Shown here in pieces: positions 51,056 through 60,388 of a DNA stretch of 64,000 nt. The notes under the pieces are model-generated. The model searched no databases, was not told the origin of the DNA, and saw only the letters and a program-made list of their open reading frames with translations. Numbering within the stretch: position 1 is the stretch's first letter; each line of letters opens with the position of its first letter. This DNA is from Bacteroidales bacterium (GTDB lineage: Bacteria > Bacteroidota > Bacteroidia > Bacteroidales > WCHB1-69), in assembly GCA_017651425.1 (NCBI GenBank), contig JAGCCZ010000041.1:44767-108766 (forward strand), given 5' to 3'. A program made the position numbers and the translations under genes.

Positions 51056-52459
51056 ATGTTGTCGCCTGATGCCTTGAAATACACGGTGAACCATTTGCTG
51101 TCGGTCGCGCTCCCCACGGGAACACCCCTCCAATGTCGCATGGAGCGCGGCGAGGGTGATGCGTCCCTGCACATCGCGGATTGGCGTCTCCGTGTCGCCT
51201 TGCTCGACGACGGCGATGTGGATTCGTTGTTGGCGGGCAAGCTTGCTCCCGAGACCATCGCTTCTGCGGATGGATGCGAGAAGTTGCCTCTCTTCCGGGG
51301 AACGCAGGCGACTCGCTCGCAGTCCACGGATATAGTCTTTAACCCCGACCTCCGTGAACTCTATGTCCCTTACGATATCATCACCCCCAGTTTCCTCATG
51401 CTTTCCCGATGGGAAGAGTACCAAGAGTCGCCCCGCGACCAGCATAATCGTTTCCCTTACGTTTCAAGCATGGCTGCCCACTATGGCTTTATCCACCTGC
51501 CGATAGTGGACGAGTATGCGATGCTGCTGCGACAATGGATCACCGAACAGGTGCATCCCGACATTGTGCTGCGCCCCCGAGCGCCCCGTGTGGTGCCCAC
51601 GCACGACATTGACCACCTCTGCCGCTATACCGGTACCTTCCAGGCCCTGCGCTCCATTTTTGGCCGGGACCTGCTCATCAACCGTAGCTTGCCCCTTGTG
51701 CGGCAATCGTGGCAAGAGTACCGCGAGTGGTGCATCGACAAGCGGCAAGACCCCTACATCCTCGCCATTGCGGAGTTGATAGATCATGCCCGCAGGCACG
51801 GTGAACAAGCCGTGTTCTTCATCAAAGCTCAAGTGCAGGGGGAATATGACTGCACATATGACATCCAAGACCCGTTGGTGAACCACGTTGTGGACATGAT
51901 CCAAAAAAATGGCATGGAAGTAGGCCTGCATGGCAGCTATCGGAGCTATGACGATCCTGAACTGTATCTGCAAGAGAAGAATAGATTGGAGAAAATAACA
52001 GGGGAGGCCGTGACTGTCGGGCGGCAGCATTTCCTGCGCTTCAATCTCCTGAAAAACTATGTCAATGCGGGGTACTCGACCTACGGTGGTCAAGACTCGC
52101 GCCAGATGATGGAGGTTACCCGCCCCAGCACCCTTGAGATGTGGCAGGCGGTGGGCCTTGGCGACGACTACACGCTGGGCTACGCCGAGCAGCCCGGTTT
52201 CCGTTGCGGCACCTGCCATCCCTTCAGGCTCTATAATCTCTTTGAAGACCGGCCCACGGATATCGTGGAACATCCGCTTGTCTTGATGGACGGTTCCCTT
52301 TTTGACTATCTCGAACTTGATATTGGGCAGAGCAGGACACTCTTCAAACGTTTGCGTGAGCGTTGCAATGCCGTGGAGGGCGATTTTGTCTATCTCTGGC
52401 ATAACCACACCGTGGGGCGGAATTACCGGGAGATGTACGAAAGGGTCGTGGTGAATTAA
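51056..52459 (+). CDS. polysaccharide-deacetylase-like protein (family assignment tentative)
   Basis: 467 aa from the ATG at 51056. His/Asp-rich motif VVPTHDIDHL and an (alpha/beta)-barrel-like central region. Recognised only weakly. Confidence 0.4.
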   Translation: MLSPDALKYTVNHLLSVALPTGTPLQCRMERGEGDASLHIADWRLRVALLDDGDVDSLLAGKLAPETIASADGCEKLPLFRGTQATRSQSTDIVFNPDLRELYVPYDIITPSFLMLSRWEEYQESPRDQHNRFPYVSSMAAHYGFIHLPIVDEYAMLLRQWITEQVHPDIVLRPRAPRVVPTHDIDHLCRYTGTFQALRSIFGRDLLINRSLPLVRQSWQEYREWCIDKRQDPYILAIAELIDHARRHGEQAVFFIKAQVQGEYDCTYDIQDPLVNHVVDMIQKNGMEVGLHGSYRSYDDPELYLQEKNRLEKITGEAVTVGRQHFLRFNLLKNYVNAGYSTYGGQDSRQMMEVTRPSTLEMWQAVGLGDDYTLGYAEQPGFRCGTCHPFRLYNLFEDRPTDIVEHPLVLMDGSLFDYLELDIGQSRTLFKRLRERCNAVEGDFVYLWHNHTVGRNYREMYERVVVN

Positions 52460-52496
52460 ACGGTCGGATGAAGGGGCGTTTTGCCTGCGGGCTTGG

Positions 52497-53264
52497 TTAT
52501 TTCTTCTTTTTCTTTCTCTCTTTCATCTTGGCCACGGCTTTGAGGTAGCGTTCGTGGCATCCTTGGATGTAATCCTTGTCGAATCGTGGGTTCCCATACC
52601 GGGCCATGCGCCCTTGAATGACGGAGGCATTGTGCGACAGGTGTCCTGACGGGCGGGCAGGGTTGCGTTTGAGCGGAGCCGGGTAGCACGCCGTGATCAA
52701 GGCGGCTTGATGGGCGCTCAAGTGCTTGGCGCTGCAGTGGAAATAGTGTTGCGCGGCCGCCTCGGCACCGTAGATGCCGGGACCCATTTCGATGACGTTC
52801 AGATAGACCTCCATGATGCGCTCTTTCGGCCAGAACAGCTCGATGAGGAACGTATAGTATGTTTCCACGCCTTTGCGAATCCAGGAACTGCGGGGCCAGC
52901 AGAAAACATTCTTGGCCGTTTGCTGGGAAATGGTGCTGCCGCCGCGCTTGCGAGTCCCGCTTTTGCGCTCCTTCAGCACTTGATCCAGCGCTATGACATC
53001 AAAACCGTTGTGCCCCAGGAAATAGTTGTCCTCCGAGGCGATGGCCGCGCGTACCATGTAGGGTGAGATCTCCTCAAGAGGCTTCCATTTCTTTTCAATG
53101 CTGTACCCGTGCTGCACTTTCCGGATAACCATGAGCGGCGTCACAGGCGGGTTGACCCATCGGTATATGAAGGGGAAGAATATGCTCATCAAAAAGCATA
53201 TCAACAAAATATAGCCAACTGTTTTCCAAAATCCGCGCTTTTTTTTGCTGCCGTTTTTTGCCAT
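52497..53264 (-). CDS. mtgA: monofunctional biosynthetic peptidoglycan transglycosylase
   Basis: N-terminal TM anchor and GT51 motifs AIASEDNYFLGHNGFD and RGGSTISQQTAKNVF. Confidence 0.85.
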   Translation of the reverse strand: MAKNGSKKKRGFWKTVGYILLICFLMSIFFPFIYRWVNPPVTPLMVIRKVQHGYSIEKKWKPLEEISPYMVRAAIASEDNYFLGHNGFDVIALDQVLKERKSGTRKRGGSTISQQTAKNVFCWPRSSWIRKGVETYYTFLIELFWPKERIMEVYLNVIEMGPGIYGAEAAAQHYFHCSAKHLSAHQAALITACYPAPLKRNPARPSGHLSHNASVIQGRMARYGNPRFDKDYIQGCHERYLKAVAKMKERKKKKK

Positions 53265-53335
53265 GCTGTTTTTTATTATAGTATTAATCAGAATTTTATG
53301 ATAAAATGTCGTCTTTATAAACGGCGCGGCAAAGG

Positions 53336-53372
53336 TAAAAAAAAAAGCCGCCGTGCGGGGCGGCGGCTTTTT
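53336..53372. terminator. bidirectional terminator
   Basis: aaaaaaaaaGCCGCCG-tgcgggg-CGGCGGCttttt lies just downstream of the GH57 stop (53379, minus strand). Confidence 0.7.
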
Positions 53373-53378
53373 AAGGCA

Positions 53379-54569
53379 TTATTTCTTTTCCAATTGTATC
53401 TTGATATCGTTCAGAACATTCATGTAATTGATGAATGCCTGATACGGGGATGGATAGACTTCAAAATTTCGTTTGACGAAACGGTGTCCGAACCACTTGG
53501 AACTCATGAAGTTGAAGTGGTCGGCACCTTGCAGTCGAAGCCAGCTGAGCTTGGCCTCCTTGTTTTTGGACTTCTTGTACAGCGGCTCGAGCTTGAAGAG
53601 CTGGTTGAAAGCCTCTTGCTGGAGCACGTTGCCGACCCACTCGTTGGTGTCCTTCTCTTCGCCGGAGCATGAGATGGGCCACGGTGCATGCATGGTGGCA
53701 GGGTTGTCATCCATTTTGAGCACCTCCTTGGGCGTGATGAAGCTGTAGTTCGGGTTAGCGGAGAGTTGGTCGATGAGATTGCGGAAAAAGTCGAATATGC
53801 CGGTGTCGGCGGTGTAATGCTCGCCGATGGTCTCATAGTCCCAATAAAGGTTGATGAAGGGGGCGTCGCCGCTGGTGTTGGTGCTGTCAAGGAACTTGAT
53901 GTATTTCTCGGCGGTCAGGGGATACTGATCCCAGCTGTGGTCGTTGAACCGCAGGGTCACATCGTCGCAAAGACGGTAGGAACGCAGCAGCAGGCGCACA
54001 TCGGTCTGGTAAGGGTTGCAGTAGAGATATTGCGGGCTCTTCCAGCCGAGGATGTGTCGTGCGCCCTCCGTGAGGACCACTTCGTAGCCAGCCTCGCCAA
54101 GCCACTCGCCGATTTCGTCGGAGTAGATGACCTCGGTATTGCAGAAAGAGACGGGCTTGACGCCAAAGGTCTCCTTCAAAAGCTTCTCTTGGAGGTGAAC
54201 CTGCTCCAAGAAGGCATCCTTGCCGTGCAGGGAGGCGATGCTGTGGGTGAAGGTGTTGCCCGTGATTTCGACACAACCCGTGGCGATGAGCTCCTTGAAG
54301 CTCTCGATCACTTCAGGACAGTAGTTCTTGAAGAGCATGATGGAACTGCCTGCAATACTGAAGCTGAGCTTGAAGCTCTTCGGATGCTTGCGGATGAGTT
54401 CCAGCATCATCTTGTTGGCGGGAAGATAGCATCTTTCCGCAAGACGCTGTGCCAAATAGTGATTCTGATAGTCGTCGAAATAATCGTGGTTTTGGTTGAT
54501 GTCAAAAAAACGATAGGTGCGCAACCGGAAGGGTTGGCTAATCTGGAAATGGAAACATATTCTATTCAT
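53379..54569 (-). CDS. glycoside hydrolase family 57 alpha-amylase/branching-type enzyme
   Basis: MNRICFHFQISQPFRLRTYRFFDI... is the GH57 N-terminal signature. The ATG overlaps the upstream stop (ATGAATAG). An alternative start is at 54587. Confidence 0.75.
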   Translation of the reverse strand: MNRICFHFQISQPFRLRTYRFFDINQNHDYFDDYQNHYLAQRLAERCYLPANKMMLELIRKHPKSFKLSFSIAGSSIMLFKNYCPEVIESFKELIATGCVEITGNTFTHSIASLHGKDAFLEQVHLQEKLLKETFGVKPVSFCNTEVIYSDEIGEWLGEAGYEVVLTEGARHILGWKSPQYLYCNPYQTDVRLLLRSYRLCDDVTLRFNDHSWDQYPLTAEKYIKFLDSTNTSGDAPFINLYWDYETIGEHYTADTGIFDFFRNLIDQLSANPNYSFITPKEVLKMDDNPATMHAPWPISCSGEEKDTNEWVGNVLQQEAFNQLFKLEPLYKKSKNKEAKLSWLRLQGADHFNFMSSKWFGHRFVKRNFEVYPSPYQAFINYMNVLNDIKIQLEKK

Positions 54570-55851
54570 AGTGGAGCGTTTTTTCATAAATGACTTTGAG
54601 TTTCTTGGCTACGTTTTCCCATTTGAGGTTGTTGACCTCTTCCTCGCCCTTGTCGGCGAAAAGCTTGGAGAGGGCAGGGTAGTGCAGCAGGCCGTAGATG
54701 GCGTCGGCGGTGGCGTCGATGTCCCAAAAATCGACCTTGATGGCATGTTGGAGCACCTCGGCGACACCGGATTGCTTGGAGATGACCACGGGCACCTTGG
54801 CACGCATGGCCTCCAGCGGGGAGATGCCGAACGGCTCCGAAATGGAGGGCATCACATAGACGTCACTCATGCCGAACATCTTGTCGATGTCGGCGCCGCG
54901 CAGGAAGCCCGTGAAGTGGAAGCGGTCAGAGATGCCCAGCTCGGCCACGCGCTCGATGACATGCTGCATCATGTCGCCGTCGCCGGCCAGCACGAAGCGC
55001 ACGTTCGGGTCCTTGTCAAGCACCCTCTTGGCAGTTTCCACGAAATAGTCGGGACCTTTCTGGAAGGTGACGCGCCCGAGGAAGGTGACGATCTTCTCGT
55101 CAACGTTCTTCTCGCGCTCCACCTTCTTGTCAGTGGGCACAACGGCGTTGTGGAGGGTGAAGACCTTGTGGGCGGGGATACCGTATTTCTCGATGACGAT
55201 GTTGCGGGTAAGGTCGCTGACGGCGCAGACGGCATCGGCGGCCATCATGCCCTCGCGCTCCATCCCATAGACGATGTCGTTGCGGTTGTGCTCGCCAGAA
55301 CGGTCGTACTCGGTGGCATGGATGTGGACCACCAAGGGCTTGCCGCTGACTCTCTTGGCGGCGATGCCGGCGCGGTAGGTGAGCCAGTCGTGGGCATGGA
55401 TGAGGTCGAACTCCTCGCTCTTGGCGATCTCGGCGGCGACTTGCGCATAGAGGTTGACCTCCTGCATAAGGTTCTTGCCGTAGCCGGAAGAGAAGGTGTG
55501 CTTGCGCCGCGAGCCCGTGAACTCCTGCTCCAATGTGCCGCTGCTCATCTGGTCGATGACGTTGTAGTAGCCTTCCAGCCCCACATAGGGCACCAGCCGC
55601 GAGTTGACCTGGATGTAGCTCACGCCGGGGAAAATGTGCTCACGATAGGTGACGCTGCTGGTGTCGATTTCCACGTCGGAGGCGTTGCGGATCTTGACAT
55701 AGTGTTCGTCTTCGTCACCCGAGGCATGAGGCATCACGAAGGTGACATCCACCCCGTTGAGGGCGAGTCCCTTGGTCAGACCGTAACAGGCCGTTCCCAA
55801 GCCTCCCGAGATATGTGGTGGGAACTCCCACCCGAACATCAATACTTTCAT
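54562..55851 (-). CDS. glycogen/alpha-glucan synthase-type glycosyltransferase (GT4/GT5-like)
   Basis: MKVLMFGWEFPPHISGGLGTACYGL N-terminus, a C-terminal E-x7-E region (PSISEPFGISPLEAM), and location in a glycogen cluster. Confidence 0.75.
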   Translation of the reverse strand: MKVLMFGWEFPPHISGGLGTACYGLTKGLALNGVDVTFVMPHASGDEDEHYVKIRNASDVEIDTSSVTYREHIFPGVSYIQVNSRLVPYVGLEGYYNVIDQMSSGTLEQEFTGSRRKHTFSSGYGKNLMQEVNLYAQVAAEIAKSEEFDLIHAHDWLTYRAGIAAKRVSGKPLVVHIHATEYDRSGEHNRNDIVYGMEREGMMAADAVCAVSDLTRNIVIEKYGIPAHKVFTLHNAVVPTDKKVEREKNVDEKIVTFLGRVTFQKGPDYFVETAKRVLDKDPNVRFVLAGDGDMMQHVIERVAELGISDRFHFTGFLRGADIDKMFGMSDVYVMPSISEPFGISPLEAMRAKVPVVISKQSGVAEVLQHAIKVDFWDIDATADAIYGLLHYPALSKLFADKGEEEVNNLKWENVAKKLKVIYEKTLHYE

Positions 55852-55930
55852 AATCTATTTATATTCTCTCTAATATTTTTTTCCGTTTATAGAGACGCGA
55901 TGCATCGCGTCTCTACATTAATTTTATAAC

Positions 55931-57868
55931 TCACTTTTGTTCCACCCTCCATTTCATATATAGTAATGCGGCAACGCTCCATGCTTGGGAGATGCATCCG
56001 TTGGGTTTGTATGGGGGGTCGCCGTCGGTGATCTCGGCCACGGTGGAGATGCCGTAGGAGGTCATGCAGCTGTCGAAGTTGTAGAGCAGCTTGCGAAGTA
56101 CGGGGATGGCTTGCTCCTGATAGACGGCGAGCATGCCGTCGGTGAAGGGATAGAGCAGCCAGGGCCAGCAGGTGCCCTGGTGGTAGGCTTTGTCACGCTC
56201 GGCTTGGTTGCCGTGATAGTGGCCCTTGTAGTCGGGGTCGTTGGGCGAGAGCGTGCGGATGCCCTTCTCGGTGAGCAGCTCCTCGCAAGTGCGCTTCAGG
56301 ATAAGCTGGCGGATCTTCTCGCTGATGGGCGAGAAGGGCAGGGAGGCTGCAATCATCATGTTGGGGCGCACCTGGAAATTCTTGTAGTCGCCATCCACAT
56401 AGTCGGCCAGATAACCCAGGTCCTTGGACCAGAAGGTCTCCTTGAAAACGGTGGGGAAGTCGTGGATGAGCGGTTCCCATTCGTCGGTGAAAGCGGTGTC
56501 CTTGGCCACGCGGGCAAGGTCCAGACAGAACTTGACGGCGTTGTACCAAAGGGCGTTGATCTCGACTTGGCAGCCGGTGCGCGGGGTGACGGGACGGCCG
56601 TCCACGACGGCATCCATCCAGGTCAGGGCCAGGCCGGGACCGCCAGAATAGATAAGTCCGTTGTCTAAGCGGCGGATGTGGTTGAGCGTACCGTAACGGT
56701 ATGCGTCGAGAATCTTGCGCATCACGTCCCCATACTCTTCCCATATTTTGCGCTTTGCACGGGTCTTCTCCGAGTAGAGCTGCAGGGCGCGGAAGAACCA
56801 GAGGGGCGCATCTACGGAGTTGTAGGCGGCATTGTCACCGATGCCGATGTTGGGAAAGAGGCCGTCGTGCATGTCGGCGATCATGTCATCCATGATCTCC
56901 TTGCAGAGCTGATGGCGCCCCAAGGCGAGCGTGAGGCCCGGCAGGGCGATGAAGGTGTCGCGGCCCCAGCGGCCGAACCACGGGTAGCCGGCGATGACGA
57001 AGGTCTTGCCGTTGCGCTGCACGATGAACTGCTCGGCGGCGTTTTGCAGGCAGTTGAAGAATGAGGAGCGGGCAGTGTGGCGCTTGCTCTCGGCTTTGTA
57101 CAGCTTGGCGATCTCGGCAGGGTCCATAGGCTCAGTGCCCAAGGTGATGTAAAGCTCCTTGTTGGCCACCTTTGCTGTGATGCGGCCTGGCACAAACAGG
57201 TCCTCGTGCCCCTCATAGCCGCGGTTAAGCTCTTCTTCGTACTCCACGCCCTCGTGCCAGTGCGGGTCGTGCTGGTAGGTGATCTCTTCGGAACACTGGA
57301 TATAGACGGGCGTGTAGCCGTCGTAGAGACGGAAGCCCACCCCGTGCTCGACAGGATGCGGCTGGCCGTTGGCCGCGTCGTTGCGATGGGTCAGCGCATG
57401 CATGTTGCGGAACGCCAGCATCGGCTCGAACTGGAAGGCCGCCGACTCGTAATCGTCAAGAATGGTGTATTTGATGATCACCCGGTCGGCCTCGTTGAGC
57501 AACAGGAACTCCTTGGTGAAGTTGAACTTGCCCACACGGTATTGGTAGAGGGGGATGTTGTCGGCGGCGAAGTGCTGCAAGTACTTGTTGCCTTTGGGGT
57601 TGACGACACCGCCCTTGTATTGGTGTACGCTGACGTGGAAATCCATGTCGTTGATGACAATGGTCTCGTTCAGGTTGGAGACAAGCACATGGCGCTCTCC
57701 ACCAAAGTTGTCTTGCGGCACAATGAAAAGTCCGTGATATTTGCGGGTGTTCAAACCCGCCAATGTGGTCGTGGCAAAGGTGCCCGTGCGACTGCATCGG
57801 AGAATTTCCTTGTTTTTCGTAAAATTCAGGTTCACCAATGCGTTTTTGTCAAATTCTATATAGCTCAT
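55931..57868 (-). CDS. glycogen debranching enzyme family protein (amylo-alpha-1,6-glucosidase type)
   Basis: Start at MSYIEFDK. GLNTRKYHGLFIV N-terminal domain and a C-terminal (alpha/alpha)6 region with GYPWFGRWGRDTFIAL and CISQAWSVA. Confidence 0.8.
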   Translation of the reverse strand: MSYIEFDKNALVNLNFTKNKEILRCSRTGTFATTTLAGLNTRKYHGLFIVPQDNFGGERHVLVSNLNETIVINDMDFHVSVHQYKGGVVNPKGNKYLQHFAADNIPLYQYRVGKFNFTKEFLLLNEADRVIIKYTILDDYESAAFQFEPMLAFRNMHALTHRNDAANGQPHPVEHGVGFRLYDGYTPVYIQCSEEITYQHDPHWHEGVEYEEELNRGYEGHEDLFVPGRITAKVANKELYITLGTEPMDPAEIAKLYKAESKRHTARSSFFNCLQNAAEQFIVQRNGKTFVIAGYPWFGRWGRDTFIALPGLTLALGRHQLCKEIMDDMIADMHDGLFPNIGIGDNAAYNSVDAPLWFFRALQLYSEKTRAKRKIWEEYGDVMRKILDAYRYGTLNHIRRLDNGLIYSGGPGLALTWMDAVVDGRPVTPRTGCQVEINALWYNAVKFCLDLARVAKDTAFTDEWEPLIHDFPTVFKETFWSKDLGYLADYVDGDYKNFQVRPNMMIAASLPFSPISEKIRQLILKRTCEELLTEKGIRTLSPNDPDYKGHYHGNQAERDKAYHQGTCWPWLLYPFTDGMLAVYQEQAIPVLRKLLYNFDSCMTSYGISTVAEITDGDPPYKPNGCISQAWSVAALLYMKWRVEQK

Positions 57869-57937
57869 ATTTTTAACGATTTCATAATAAGTTAGGGCAT
57901 GTTGCAGGGTGCAAAACATGCCTTCTGTTTAAGTTTG

Positions 57938-57945
57938 CAAAAATA
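57938..57945 (-). promoter_or_regulatory. -7 promoter box (TATTTTTG on minus strand) for the glycogen operon
   Basis: ttgCAAAAATAg lies 70 nt upstream of the ATG at 57868. Confidence 0.4.
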
Positions 57946-57990
57946 GTTTTTTTTCAGAGTTTGTCAATAGGACAATATTATTTTTTTGTC

Positions 57991-57998
57991 TATTTTTG
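57991..57998 (+). promoter_or_regulatory. -7 promoter box (TATTTTTG)
   Basis: gtcTATTTTTGcag lies 128 nt upstream of the ATG at 58126. Confidence 0.35.
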
Positions 57999-58125
57999 CA
58001 GCCTGAAAAAAAAACGAAAAAAAACTGCAACATTTTTTTTTGAAATTCGTTAGGCAATTTGTTTGAAAGTCTTTTTGTGTTAGGACAAGCCGTTGAACCT
58101 TTTTGACAATGAAATTTTTTGAAAT

Positions 58126-60375
58126 ATGAAAAAAGTCTTTGCTGCTCTGATGACCTTCCTGCTGTTGCTGATAACCGCGGCGGTTGTAAACGGACAAAGT
58201 TCACCTTGCGGTGCCAATGCGATTCACCCGTTCACCACAGGTTCAAATCCCTTTGGCATCACATATACGTCAAGCACAACGGGCACAGCCACGTTCTTTG
58301 TGGACGGCGCAAGCCCGGGATGTCTTGGCTCCACACCAGGCCCTAACTGGTACTATTTTCAGAAACGTATACCAGGGGATATTCTGATTTATATCCAGCA
58401 ACCGCAAGGTGATGTGGATTATGCCTGCTGGGGTCCGTTTAAGACCCCGAACGACGAGCCAGGCGAATTCTTGAGCACTCTTTGCAGCAATGGTTATAAC
58501 ACCAACAGCAATAACTGCTACTACCATCTTTTCACGGGAGACGGCAGCCAGTCAAGTCTTGGCAGCGGTCCGGGCAGCCACAGGCCTTCCAACGGCAACC
58601 ACACTAATAATCTGGGTGGGTGGCCGTATCCCGACGCGTCTGGTCATCCGGACTGGGCATCTGGAAACACGAACCATAATATTCCGATGGTGGACTGCAG
58701 CTATTATGCAGATGCGACGGAATGGTGTTATATTCCGGCGGATTGTGGTGACCCCGGAGAGTTCTTCCTGCTGCTTATTTGCAATTATAGTCGTCAGCCA
58801 GGCTCCTATACTTTCACGCAAACTGGCGGCAATGCTTCCACATCGGGCGATATTTTCGTGCAGGTGCGTGGCGCAGAGGATTCCAGGTGTGAGGGCGATT
58901 TTCTCACCTTGACCTATCACGAATGGTTACCCTACCATAACCCGACCTATCAATGGATTTTGCCGGACGGAAGCACTCTTCCGGGTACACGTAACGCCTC
59001 TGACGATGTTGTGCTGGAAATACCCAATGTCACCCCTGCCAATGGCGGACGTTACCGCTTGCGCAAAACTTTTACAGGTGTCACGACGCACGAGGATGTG
59101 TTTTCCGATTCCCTTGTCGTTAAACCGGCTCCGATGCCGACCTTCAGCGTCGCACCCGGTACCACATTTTGCGAGGGGGATACCCTCGCCCTGGTTGTGA
59201 CAAGTGCTTTCCAAAATACCTTCTTTGACACCTTGTCACAGGATCCCGACTGGACTTATATCGTCCCGGGAACTCCCTCCAACAGATTTGTCTTTCCCCC
59301 CATTGCCATGACGGGAGATGTGAGTTACCGCCTTTTTGCCTCTACCAGCTCCATGTACGGCTTGGGTTGTGAGGTGGACACGGTAGTTACTTTCTATTGT
59401 GCGCGTACCAGTTCGGGAGAGATTCCGGACACCATCTGCGTGGGAGATTCCTATAATCGCTATGATTTCACCCTGCCGGTGCAGACACGGGCGGGCGATA
59501 CGCTGCTGGTGCGGAGTGGCCTGATCAATTCTGCGAACTGCGACAGCACCTCCGTGGTCCATCTCTACGTGATGCCCAACCCCAAGATCGAGACCTTGGC
59601 CAAGGGACCGGAACACTGCGGCGGCGCTGCTGAGGACGGATTCCTGCACCTCATCGTCACTGAGGCAATGCGCCCGTTTGAGTATGTCTGGAATACGCCT
59701 GTGACATTGGATGTGGACAGCGTTGCGGGTGACACTACGTTCTTGTTCATGGACAACATCCATGGCCAAACCTATACTCTGACCGTGACCGATACCATCG
59801 GCTGCGAGTCGTCCTTCACCGTCGAGGTGCCCGTGCTGCCCAATCCGGTGGCCTGCTTCTCCCTGATTCCCGAAGCCCCGTCTTATCTCGTCGGCGAGAA
59901 CATTGTCTTTAACAACTGCTCCCAATACTACAATCTCTGCCATTGGGATTTCGGCGATATTTCCGGAAGCACACTCCCTGCCCCGTCCCACATTTATTCT
60001 GAAATAGGCACGTATGACATCACGCTCCATATCTCCGACACCTCTGCCGGATGCGACGACACTTTCGAGAAAACGATTATTGTACACGAAAAGACGCGTT
60101 TCTATCTGCCCAACAGCTTCACCCCCAACGGTGACAACGTGAACGACGTCTTCATTCCTGTCCAGATGGAGGTCAAGGAGGATTCCTATACGATGCTTAT
60201 TTTCGACCGGCATGGCATGTTGGTGTTCAAAACCACAGACCTGAACCAGGGCTGGGACGGCACCGTGAACGGCAAGCTTGCGCCCGCAGGCGACACATAC
60301 GTCTATCGCGTCTCCTACCAGGATTTCGATGGCAATGTGTTTGATAAAAACGGCAAGGTTACAGTGGTGTACTAA
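58126..60375 (+). CDS. T9SS type-B (gliding-motility-associated) C-terminal-domain protein with PKD domain and Cys-rich N-terminal domain
   Basis: Signal peptide. PKD-like CHWDFGDISGS...HIYSEIGTYDITLHISD. Type-B sorting domain FYLPNSFTPNGDNVNDVFIPV...WDGTVNGK.APAGDTYVYRVSY. Confidence 0.8.
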   Translation: MKKVFAALMTFLLLLITAAVVNGQSSPCGANAIHPFTTGSNPFGITYTSSTTGTATFFVDGASPGCLGSTPGPNWYYFQKRIPGDILIYIQQPQGDVDYACWGPFKTPNDEPGEFLSTLCSNGYNTNSNNCYYHLFTGDGSQSSLGSGPGSHRPSNGNHTNNLGGWPYPDASGHPDWASGNTNHNIPMVDCSYYADATEWCYIPADCGDPGEFFLLLICNYSRQPGSYTFTQTGGNASTSGDIFVQVRGAEDSRCEGDFLTLTYHEWLPYHNPTYQWILPDGSTLPGTRNASDDVVLEIPNVTPANGGRYRLRKTFTGVTTHEDVFSDSLVVKPAPMPTFSVAPGTTFCEGDTLALVVTSAFQNTFFDTLSQDPDWTYIVPGTPSNRFVFPPIAMTGDVSYRLFASTSSMYGLGCEVDTVVTFYCARTSSGEIPDTICVGDSYNRYDFTLPVQTRAGDTLLVRSGLINSANCDSTSVVHLYVMPNPKIETLAKGPEHCGGAAEDGFLHLIVTEAMRPFEYVWNTPVTLDVDSVAGDTTFLFMDNIHGQTYTLTVTDTIGCESSFTVEVPVLPNPVACFSLIPEAPSYLVGENIVFNNCSQYYNLCHWDFGDISGSTLPAPSHIYSEIGTYDITLHISDTSAGCDDTFEKTIIVHEKTRFYLPNSFTPNGDNVNDVFIPVQMEVKEDSYTMLIFDRHGMLVFKTTDLNQGWDGTVNGKLAPAGDTYVYRVSYQDFDGNVFDKNGKVTVVY

Positions 60376-60388
60376 CCACCTTCAACGG

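Noticed and set aside
54517-55929. 470-aa plus-strand ORF antisense to the glycogen synthase gene. The same phenomenon appears at 18525..19490, 26178..27221, 28306..29430, 33023..33691, 51464..52408, 53688..54593, 57077..57895 and 59236..60213.
   Set aside because: All of these are shadow ORFs opposite well-supported genes, with low-complexity sequence and no start-site context (no TAnnTTTG box, no coupling).
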